Shown: in pieces, positions 38,361 through 50,400 of the stretch
Layout: every line of letters starts with the position of its first letter
Numbering within the stretch: position 1 is the stretch's first letter
NCBI RefSeq assembly: GCF_001194135.2
Contig: NC_068993.1
Coordinates: 52,612,259-52,676,258 of the forward strand
Direction: 5' to 3'
Source: Octopus bimaculoides
Taxonomy: Eukaryota
DNA: 64,000 bases
The notes under the pieces: model-generated
Told to the model about the DNA's origin: nothing
The model's input: only the letters and a program-made list of their open reading frames with translations
The model's database searches: none
Made by a program: the position numbers and the translations under genes

Positions 38361-38402
<42 letters not shown>

Positions 38403-41400
38403 TACTGGTAGAGAGGGAGGTGGTGGCTATTGGATAGTGAAAAGTGTCTTTTTATAATTTAATTAACTTTTTTATATCACCTATCACTTAACGCATAAGT
38501 GCAATTCCGTGAAATATTCACGCTTATTTACGTGACAGATATACGCAATTTAAATAAAAGTTCTATCATATGTACGGGATTTTTTTTTTAATGAGAAAGA
38601 GTGAATTTCATGAGTGCTGTGTATTAAGTCTATAAAATTGTGCCTAGAGTATATATATAAAGTGCATTAAGTAATCATGGTATTCTAATTTCTTTCACTT
38701 TTCAATGAATAGCAGATGAGCGACTATCTTTCCATACAGACACATCACAGGCTACGTTTTCAGGTTTATTAGATTAAGTTTTCAGAAATAACCCAACAGG
38801 TTTACCATTAATTCCAAGAAATATCCACGGGTTCCGCTAGTTTTTAAATATTTTCTGTAATGCACCTTATTTACTTGTATACAAATTTCACTATCTAATC
38901 CATGATTTTAACTGTAAAAATGGGATGCGACTTATGCACAGGATAAATCTAAAACTATGATGAACAAAAAATAATTGAATGCGACTTACACGAGTAAATA
39001 TTATTGAATTTTGAACAGACCAACTGATAGTTCGAATAGTAATACACACACGCACTACTAAATGCTTTCGATAAATTGTAATTGCGCTTCGATCAACTTT
39101 ACTATGTCCAATTATATATTTCATCTGGGCTCCTCAACAATTTATAACATTAGAATTACCTCCCTTACATTCTAGAGTTACGATGAATAAAGTTGATTTC
39201 TTTTCTTCTTTGATATATTTGAGTGAAACAATTGACAGCTCTCGTTTGCGGTGTCTTCATACTCCAGCTTTATTTAAAATTGGATTAACTGGAGAATTAT
39301 CAGATGTTATTGCAAGCAAATCCAAAAGACACGAGTGTTTACTAGCGTTATTGGATAAACAGACTGGAAGTATGGAGAATAAATTATAATAGTATAAGTA
39401 AAGAATAACAGAGGAAGGGGTGAATGGATAGTCTAAATTAGAATGAAACGACCTACTTGCTTGCACTGTTTATTATAGGCTGGAGTTCTTCGACAAACAA
39501 GAAATTATTGGATTCCTCAGCTTGATTGACAAGGAAATGTAATAACGTAACACCTGTCTCATTTGATTTGGTTTCCTTGAAGAGTTTTAGAGCAGAACTA
39601 ATTTCAAAACCAACAGCATTCCCTGCAAAACGTCCCTGGAAAGAATAACAAATTAAGTTCAATGGAGAATTACAAATATTGATGTCATCTCATGGAAGGA
39701 TTCTTTCAAAGTTACATTTACAAAAAAAAAAAATTTCTCGATATGTCAGTACTGCAAGAATAATTTATAGATCCAAATAGAACGCTTTTGATTTTGTTAC
39801 ATAGGTGTGGCTGTGTGGTAAAGAAGCTTTCCTCCCAACCACATGGTTCTGGGTTCAGTACCACTGCATGGCACCTTGGGCAAGTATCTTCTACTATAGC
39901 GTCGGGCTGATCAAAGTCTTGTGAGTGGATTTGGTAGACGGAAACTGAAAGAAGCCCCTTATATTTGTAAGTGTGTGTATCCCACTATTGCTTGATAACC
40001 AGTGTTTGTTTACGTCCCCGTAATTTAACAGTTCAGCAACGGAGACCGATAGGATAAGTACCAGTTTCTTTTTTAAGTACTGGGATCGATTCATTCAACT
40101 AATAATCCTGCAAGCCAGTGCCCCAGCTTTGCCATAGTCTAACAATCAAAACAAATAAAAGATAGCTTTTTGTGTGTGGTGGGGGGGATTCTCCTCTGTT
40201 GTAGTTTTGTATCTTAATTATAAAAATTACGTTCATGTTTTGGAGATATCAATATTAAAAGAAAATTAAAGATTAAATGATTTGAAGAAGAAAACTTTAA
40301 AGATTGAAATACTTTCTTTGGTACATATACATATCTACATACATATACATTATACGTCAATTTGATTGGTTGATTTACTGAATGCCTGGTTATGTGGCTA
40401 CGGCCACACCACAGTGCCTGTGCTTGGATACAAGGTGTCAACATCCGAGATATTTTAAATCAAGAACGTATTTTTACATAACCTTGTCAAAGAATGAAGA
40501 TCGGTGCCTTTATCATAACCAGCACTCGACTAGGACCCTCACAATTACTCCGTTTATTGGGTCTCACTATTTCTGATGATCTAGTCTGTTAAAAGTACAT
40601 CCTTAACAAAGCTAGGACTACCTTTCTTTTCAGGGTCAGAGGAGAGTACTCTCTATTGACACTTCACAAAACACAAGGAATATTCACAATGGAGTATTGC
40701 TCTCACATCTACGACAGTGATGCTGCTGCTGCTCATAAATATATTTAAAAACCTTCAAAAGTGGGCCATTTGACTGATTGGTGTAAAGTTACTCACAGAT
40801 ATGTCCCAACTTCAGGCCTATAGACTTGCTGTCTATTCTTTCTGTCCTTTTTACTAGCACTATAATGGCCTCTGCTCTTGGGAGCTGGCTGCCCTCCTAC
40901 CATTACAATTCAGTTATTTTGGATCCACTGGTCTTTCCCTCACTCATCCCCCTTGTATTTAAATCCCTCTGCCCCAGACCCTTCAATAAACATTATGTCC
41001 AGTCCTTCATTCCCCAAATGTTATCCCTCTGGAATTCCCTCTCTGCTCATGTCTTTCCCCACATGTCGATTAAGAAAGGTTTAAGAGAAATATTAATGGC
41101 ATCAACTTCAACCAGTATAGGAGGGTCTGCAAAGAACTGGTCACTGCCTTTTGCTCCAGATCTCAGTGATTTGTGAGAGGAAGTTGTCTTAATACTTGAA
41201 AACTGATCTCAAAACTGGGGTCTGTGAAAATAATCCAATTAAACTGGGTGATAGAATAAGTTTAAGTATCCAATTTGATCCTGCACAAGAACCTTCTCAA
41301 TGTTAGACAAAGGAGCCTATCTGAAATAAATGCTTACATTATTTATGTCTTAAATACCTCTGGATTATATTTTTATTGCTGTAGACGTTTTGGCTTATCA

Positions 41401-44400
41401 ATAACTATGACAGCTATTCTCATCAAATATTGGAACTGCAAAGATTCCTTACAAAATTTGACTATTTTCAGTTCATAGCTAAACATAATCAACAAATGTA
41501 ATATTAATACCACAGATGTTAAAAATACTGGGTGATAACCTACTTAGGTCTGAAATAAAATATAACTTACAGAGTTCATATAGTTGCCAACATCAAGACT
41601 GATTGCAAAGAAAGCCTTAAGGTTTTTGTTTTCTATCAGAACTTGACAAGTTTTCTTCAAAGTTTCAAGGTTCGGTTTTAGAGTTTGCATTAACACTTTC
41701 CTCTCTTCCTTCAGTAACATGCCATCAATGCATAGATGAATGTTGGGGATTTTTGATAACAACAAAAAGAACTTTTCTGGATTTCCCAAGTCTTCTTTGT
41801 CACCTTGGTAAGCATTCAGTATAGAGAGCTAAATAGTCAAAGAATGAAGAAGGATTCAATGTATAACCAAGTGGTAATTAGATACAGTAGAGAACCGGTT
41901 AAGTTATTGATGATTCAAGCGAAACAATAACTGACAAAAGAACAGTTTATATAGTTGACAATCTTTTATCCAAAGTGCTTGGAATTTGTGTTTTAAATTT
42001 CGTTTCGTGGGCATTTTGGAATGGTTATATGCATTTACAAAATGGGGAAGCTTGGGCACAGAACCCAAATCTAAACACATTGTCCATTTATACTTCAAAG
42101 AACAGTTGATACATATTCTGTGAAGGTCGTTTTATATAAATTTATTGTAAGCCTAGTTTTGCGTATGTAACTGTGATTTGTGAGAACATTTCACTTTTAA
42201 CCAAAGCAAACCCACCTTCAAACATCCCCTGCATTACAGAAGTGTTGCATTCCTAAAAATTCTTGCTATAATGTGGGATTCAAGAATGCAAAATGAATTT
42301 CCCGTTGACCTCCTTGCAACACAAAAATCATCCTGATTCAATGTACCTTTTTCCATGTTGACATGGGTTGGACAGTTTGATAGAAGCTGATGAGCCAAAC
42401 AACTCACACTCCAATGTTTACTTTGGCATAGTTTGTATGGTTAGATGCCCTTCCTAACGTCAATGCAAAAGTTGTTTTACTTTGCAGCAAGATTTTTCAG
42501 AACCACATTGTTTCTGTAATACAAGGGATACTACCAATATTATACTTTTACTCCATTTTGTCAACCTCATAACAGCCCCACATCACTTTCACTTCTGCTT
42601 GTCTACAAAATATCGCTTTAAAAATCTGAGTACATTCAGGTATTTCTCTACTATTAGTGCTTCTCTCACAAGAAAACGCTTTGGAATTTGGAACTTTGGA
42701 TAAAGGATTGTCAAGTGTATTTAATTAATTACATAAAAAATGTATTTGTTTTAACATAGGATTTTTACATAAATTCTTTGTCAAATATACCAGTCCTACG
42801 TACACACCTGTGTACATGTCCAGGAATATAATACCCGATGACAATCAGAAATCAATTGAAATGTAGATATAAATATTGATCTAACAAAGGTACAAGAACT
42901 ACAATATAGTAATTATTTTACCGTTCCTAGAAGGATGTGATGTAAAGCCAGAGTTGACTTCACCTTTAACCCAAAGTGATAAGCTATGCTACGTTTGAAC
43001 ACACTACACTCAGTTAATGCAATTTTAAATCTTATATCAGATGATATGCGATTTAACTAGAACATACCTCACTGTCAGTTGGTAGAATTTTCTGCATCCG
43101 TCGTAACATTTCCAAGTCAAGATCCTTGCTTGTGCCTTCCTTAATCATTTCAACTATTTTCTCTTGTGAGGCATTACATTGTTTCAAGAAGATGTCTATG
43201 TCTAGAGCACGTTCCAAAAGATTGACCTGAAGAGTAAACAATACATATTATTAGTGGTGCTGGGCCACTGAATTTACTTGTGCAATATTCAGAGAGGAAA
43301 TTAAGTTAGAAAATAATTCCAATCTGTTAAATATGTAAGCCATTTGCAGTACAAAATAAATATTAACAATAAAATGAATGCATTTGATAATCAAATAGCT
43401 AAGAATTTGAAATTTGTTAAATATTTCACTTACTTTTTTCGGAATATTTTTCTTCTTCACTTTTTGTTCATCAACTGATGCCGACTTTTTGGGAGGAGTT
43501 TTCATACTGAACATATCTTCAAGAGTTTTATAGTCAACATCCACAGCACTGTTACTTCTCATATAATATACATCTTGCCAAAGGTTGCCTTTTTCTGAGA
43601 AAACAAAAAAATGCAATGCAAATGATTGAGATAAGTATAAAATAATAATGTAATAGAAGTATCAAATAATAATATAAGTATAAAATAGCATAAATGCTTG
43701 AGATAGGTATCAAATAGTAGAAGTGAAAGGAATTTAGGGTTGTATACCCTGGTGGCCAGTTATTGCAAGGGAGATAATTATTTGATAAATTTTGGTGGGA
43801 TTATAGAAAGTTTCAATTTTGAATTGACAACCAAGGAATAAGATGCATAGGATATACATGTCTAATCATTTATGTCTTACCCATTACCTTTATTCAAAGG
43901 AATTCATTCATTTAACATCCATTTCCCCCATGCTAGCAGGGCCTGGACAGGAACTGAATTTGAAGCAGGATTTTGCAGCTGGATGCTCTTCCTGTTACCA
44001 ACCCTTACCTACTTTCTCAGCTAATGACATTTTATTTTTCACAGGTCTTTGAAAGCACAGAGCAACTGGTCAAAATGTCAGCCAGGAATGTCAACATTAT
44101 CATCACTTTAACCACAGAATGACAAGCAACACATCAACATTCGCGCTCGCGCACACACGTACGCCAAGCTCAATAGAGTTCCCATCTATCAGTTTCACTC
44201 GCAGGGCCTTGATTAGTCAGGAGCGATAGCAGCAAACACTCCCCCAAAGTGTCATATAATCATACAGCAAATGATTTTGAAGCAGGAGTTTGCAGCTGGG
44301 TGCTCTTTTTGTCACTAACACTCACCTGCTTTTTCAGGTAATGTAATTCTATTTTTCGCAGGTCTTTGAAAGCATAGACCAACTGGTAAAAATGCCAACA

Positions 44401-47400
44401 AAGAATGTTGACATCACCGCCACTTCGCTCAAACAATGACAAGCAAAAAATCAGCATTCACACGTAGACACATACAAACACACGATAAGCTTAATACAGT
44501 TTCCATCAAACTGTTTCACAGACACCATTAGGAGCGATAGCAAATGACACTTGCTCAAAATGTCACACACTCACACTGTTGTTAACAATCATGTTGAAAC
44601 ACATCTTACATTATAATGGACAACAAAGATTTTGCTACTGGGGTAAAAGCATGTGTTTTAGACTAAATCGAGGATGCTGATTCCGAATCCGCGCTCAGAA
44701 TTGTTCTAGCAGTCAGGATTTTGAGTTATGCGCATGCGCAAGATTATAACCATACTTTCGGCTAGATGTAGGCCGTATTATAAAATTTGCTAGAATAAAA
44801 GCGGTCTTAATTCAAAATTAAAGAAATAACAGCAATAAAACGAATGATGAGAAAGTTCATTATTTAGTTTAGCAATAGATGGCGCTGATGTACTGTGTGT
44901 AATGCCAAATACGTCAGTTTGTTCTTGGTAACTCTCAGTGTCATTTGCGCTGCTGTCATGTGTGATATGTGTATCTCTCGCTCTGCGTGATTACTGTTTT
45001 AACTGTGTTTATTGTGTTAGATCAGGAATAGGACAGGCTATGTGAATCACCCAGACAACTTTTGCTGTGTCTGTAGAAAATTTGCTCCACATGACTAGCG
45101 GGTGAACATTGCCACCAAATAAAAAACTGCCTATAAATATTATTTCAGGTGTAAAATTGAGGAACAAGACAAGGGGTAGGCACTTCATATATGCTGCACC
45201 ATGTGTTACTCAGGGCTTACTTAGTGGCTGAATGGAAAACAGAAGAGAATGCCTTTTGCTGCACTAATGGTATGGCGTGAGCCAACCAATCATGTCTCTG
45301 TTACTTTTGCATGACTAATATTAGTAGCTTCTCAAAGAAAATCAAAGCAATGTATGCAAATTGTAAGTCGGCTCCAAAACTGGTCCCACATGACTTCGAG
45401 AACCCTGTCCCAATAACCCTCTCACATGATTCACTTGAAGACCTTGATACGTCGCATGATGAACATACTGATGCTCTTATGGACGAAGAGTACATAGTTG
45501 ATTCTGAGAAAAACAAGCCATGCTTGTTTAATCAAGAAGATTTGAACGATTTAGTAAGAGACCCAGCCCTCTCAAAGGAGAAGGCAGAAGTTTTGGGATC
45601 GAAATACAGCAATGGAATCTCCTACGGCAAGGTACGAAAATTCCCATTTTCCGTTCCCGCCATAGAAGCTTCTCTTTTTTTTTTTTCAAGCAAGAAAATA
45701 ATGCTTGTTTCTGTACTGACATTAATGCATTCATGCAAACATTAGGACATGTGCATGTGACTAACAAATGGGAATTGTTTATAGACTCCAGTAAGGTTAA
45801 CCTCAAAGCTGTGTTGTTACATAGTGGTAATGAAAAACCTTCCATTTTTGTGAGTCATATTGTCGGTATGGAAGAAACTTATGAATCGATGGAACTCATT
45901 CTGAAAAGAATTAATTACTCAGTTCATAAGTGGAATATTTATGGTGATTTAAAGGTGATTTCCCTCCTCCGAGGACTGTACACTGGGATACACCAAAAAT
46001 ATGTGCTTCTTGTGTGTTTGGAACAGCCACGACGACAACAATCATTATACTGTAAAAGACTGGCCTAAAAGAGATGAGCTCATAGTTCGTCGGTACAATG
46101 GGCAGCATATGTTACGGGAAGACCTGTAAATTATCTTTCCACCCCTTCACATCAAACTCAGCCTCATGAAAAACATCGTAAAAGCAATGACAGACGATGG
46201 TTGTGGCTTCTAGTATCTAAAAGTAAAATTTGGTGCAGAGAAAAGTGACGCAAAATTGAAAGCAGGCATTTTCATTGAACCCGAGATCAGAGAATTGATA
46301 TCTGATAGCAAATGCAGAGATAAATTTAATCCAGTTAAGCTGATGGCATGGGATTCATTCATGCTAGTTAAACAGAACTTTCTTGGAAATCATAGAGCTG
46401 AAAACTATGCTGATTTAATAAACAACATGCTAATAGCGTATGAAAATGGGGATGCCGAATGCTCCTTAGAATGCACTTCTTGCATTCTCATCTCAATTTT
46501 TTTCCAACTAATCTTGGTGCTGTTAATGTTGAGCATGGTGAGAGGTTCCACCAGGACATATATGAGATGGAAACAAGGTATCAAGGCCGGTTCAATCCAC
46601 ACATGATGGGTGACTACTGCTGGTCCCTACAACAGGAGACCATCACAACGCATAAGTGCAAGAGCAAGTGTCACAAACATTTCTGAGCTGAGCATATCAA
46701 AAATACAGTGAGTATTCCCTTAACATAAATATACTTTGTACCATTATATTATATTTACCTTGAACATAAATATACTATATACAGTACTAATATACTATTA
46801 TAATAATTATTTACCTTGAACTTAACTTTTCCTGATACTAATATAGTATTAATACACAATTATGCGCATAACTCAAAATCCTGACATGCTACAGCAATTC
46901 TGAGTTCAGATTCGGAATCAGCGTACTCAATTTAGTTTGGTACAGCACCAGTTGTCTGAGTAGCAGACATATATTTTTTTTGTTCTTTGCCCCAGTGAAC
47001 TCCAGATCAAGGTTCACTAAGGGTAATTGACAATACTGTAATAGTAGCACTAGTAGTATAGTGGTAATAGTAATAATAGTAAAGTAGTGAAGGGAGTAGG
47101 GATAGTGACAATAGGGGTGGCGGGTGGTAGTGGTGATGGTGGTAAATATGGTAAAAAATGATACATTACCATTGATGATATTGGGTGGGACTTTGTGCCA
47201 TTGGAAAGAACGAAGTTTCTGTGTTGGTGCCAAGACTGGTTTACCATGTAACCTGGCTGGCAACGTCGCAGACGAGTATTTGCTTGGTGATAACGATGTT
47301 GTTGATGACGGAGGTGGAGGTGGAGCAGGAGGAAAACCCCTGGAGCCAGGAGGTGGAGGTGGAGGTGGAGGAACCCCGGGTAAACTCTTAGACCCTGGGG

Positions 47401-50400
47401 GTAGTGGTGGAGGAGGTGGCGGAGGTGGTGCTGAACTGTGGGAAACCCCAGATCCTGGGGGTAATGGTGGTGGTGGTGGTGGAGCTCTAGGTAAATTTCC
47501 AGACCCCAGGGGTAGTGGTGGTGGAGGTGGTGGTCTGCAGAAATTCCCAGAGTTTGGGAGTGGAGGTGGTGGAGGTGGTGGAGGTGGTGGCGGTGGAGGA
47601 GCCCTGGGAAAAACACCAGACCCAGGGTTTAGTGGCGAATGTAGGGGAGATGGTGGAGGAAGAGGAGGAGGAGGTGGTGGTGGTGGAGAAGCCTTGGTGA
47701 TGGCTTCAGGCTGTATAATAGAAGTGCCAGATTCGGAAATTGTTGGATGTGGAGGTGACTGTGAAACATCAGTCTTTGAATGACTAGCAGACTTTGTCAG
47801 CTTTTCCACCTCTGGAACAATGCTGGCCTTTGATGACCCATCTGCCTCTTTTAATGCATTGGACTCTGATGGCACGTTTTCCTCCGGTGCAGCAGCAAGC
47901 TCTGACTGTACGTCTGCCACTGGAGTATTTTTAGAGTCTGAAACAGTGGTAAGCTCTGATAGTACGTCTGCCTTTGACGGCACATCTTCGTCCATTGTGG
48001 TGACTGGCTTTGATGACACGTCTGCTTCCACAATAGCGGTGGACTCTGATGGTACGTCTGCCTCCAGAATGGAGGCGGGTTCCGACAGAGTATTCACCTC
48101 CGAATCAGAAGTAAGCTCTGAGATCATGCTCACCTTTGGGGTTAAATGGGTTGATGGGGGTTTTTTAGATACGATTTGGGCTGATCTAACTAGTGCAAGT
48201 AAAGATGGAGAAGCTGGTTTAAGAGTATCCTCCTTAATTTCTGTTGATGCGTGAAGCCGTTTTGTTTGGGGCGTTTGTAATGTTTGAGAAGATGGTCCGG
48301 GAGAGCAAGTTGATTGTAGTACAACTGGTGATGAACAAGAGGGATTCTGTAGTGTATCTGATGTGATTGAAGAAAGAGTTTCTGGTTTGTCAACATTTTT
48401 TTCATTTGTATTTTCAGTAGAAAAAGATTGTTGTGATGTGGTAATGGAATGAAGCGTCTCGGGCGTCAGAGGTGGACAGGGTTCGAGATTTTCTGCCACT
48501 TCAGGTTTGTCATTTTCAGAAAATCTGTCTTTCCTGTTGCTTTTAATTGGTGAAGAATATATTTTCTTTGATGTGTTCTCTGTGTGTTTCTCTTTGCCCG
48601 CCTGTGGAGCAATTTCGGACAACGTCGGTTCTTCTGTTGATTTGGAACTTACATTGGGGGTTTGGTTTCCTTCTAGTCGAATTTGAGAAGATTTTTCGTT
48701 CATTTGCGTCGACTGTAGAACCAGTTCAGATAGAGATTTAATTTTCTTCGGGCTACTCTCGATAACAGAGCTATTCAAGGGTTCTTCTACAGATGTCACT
48801 GCTTCGTTTATTGTCATGGATGGTTCAGAATTTTTCTGGAGCTCTGTTTTATGGACGTGTTTTTGATTCTCAGAATCTGATGGAATTTTGTGGTATTTTG
48901 ATAACTTTTCTGGCGTTTGATTTTCTACAACATTTGATGAATTCGAAGTTGATTTAGGAGATGATGTTTCAACGAAGTTTTCTGGAAGATCAGGTTCTTC
49001 CAAGTCGAACGAGGATGTAGTGGTTTGTGACTGGAAATTATAGCTTCCTGAACCAGAACCGGTGATCTCTTCCGTCTCAGAGCCATATGTAGAATCAACT
49101 GTTGTATTGACTTGCTTTCTTTGGTCTTCAGTAGTTCTATTGCTTCTACAACGCTGTAGTTCTATTTCAGTCTTTATGTCAACCAAAAGTTTCTCAAGAA
49201 ACAAAGATTTGTCCAAGTAAAGTAAGTTTTGTGCCACTGACTCCATTACAAACCATTGGTAATCACTGAAGAATAGGAGACAAATATTTTGTTTTTAGAC
49301 AAACAAAGACATGAGGGCAATCAACAGAGATTATTTACTGAAATATATCCAAACTAAACTCATTACATGAAGAGAGAGCTATCCATCGACATCATCTGGT
49401 GTAGGCAGCGTGTGATCCACACTTTACATTTAAGGCGAGGAGCGTATAGTTGACACCTAACAACTGAAGGGAGAAACATACGAGGAGATGCTGAAAAGTT
49501 CCTGGCTTTGGGTAAAAGAATACAAGAGGATCAGTAAATTACGATTTTATTACACATATTCCCCTCTCAGATTCACGCACTTATTGCAACGGTCCTTCAT
49601 TTTCTCTAAGCTCTGTAAAAGAACTCGGAAAGTTGGGCCCCCCAAAAGGCCTTCGCAACACCCTTAAAGCGAAGAACATTTCAACACCCCCTCGTACGCT
49701 CTTCATCCATTTCTTGGACGAAGAGCTTATGTATCCATATTCGACATCTGGGGAGAAATGCATGTGTACCCACCTCAGACATGGGTTCAAGAGTACCTTG
49801 TCTACACTCGACCTGTAGGGTAAGGAGCAAATATTTACCAATGATGCTACACCCAGTAAAATATTAGCCGTCAATATGTTAATAAACGATCGTTAGTCTT
49901 AAATAGAGTCAGACATAGTATTGTATATACCATGAATGGCATCCATAATAAAATATCAAAATTTCACTAATATTTCAAAGACAGAGCTGTCAGATCTGTT
50001 ATGAAACTTAAGGAAGCTAGTGGACTCCTATCTCTACAGTGTTAAGAGAAAGAGATAACGTCTTGATAGCACGTTAGTCCATCATAGCTGATTTCCTCAG
50101 AAGTCGAAATATCTACTCTAGACAGCAGTGTAATCACCGGCTCATTTAATAGGGCAGATGTTTCGACATACAACGAAAGTCCCGTAGCAAATTTAACCCA
50201 CAAATCACTAATTAGTAGCAAATATACCAGCAACCACTTCACTTCTAGTGAGGTAAGCAAAAACTATCTATAGTTAATGCATAAAAGAAGCCTTTGGTGT
50301 CAAACATAAGAATAACTGTGGCTTGAATACGAATGACAAGGAACTTACCTGATTTCATTCTCAGGGTCAATTTGTTGAAGAGACTTCAGAATGCTGAGAA

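Noticed and set aside
46889-47169. Last 93 codons of the 785-aa ORF, including a hydrophobic stretch (possible membrane-anchored FH2-less isoform)
   Set aside because: A phase-matched donor at 47170 joins the FH2 exon at 43594. The read-through is low-complexity intron running into a transposon end, and I saw no convincing nearby poly(A) signal.
47050-48405. Overlapping Gly-rich, His/Leu-rich and antisense ORFs over the FH1/linker exon
   Set aside because: Expected shadows of CCN-rich, stop-poor coding sequence.
50042-50260. Minus-strand ORF with a hydrophobic start and an acceptor-like site after the DD exon
   Set aside because: The ORF frame is incompatible with the upstream phase-2 donor, the compatible frame stops within about 12 codons, and there is no homology.
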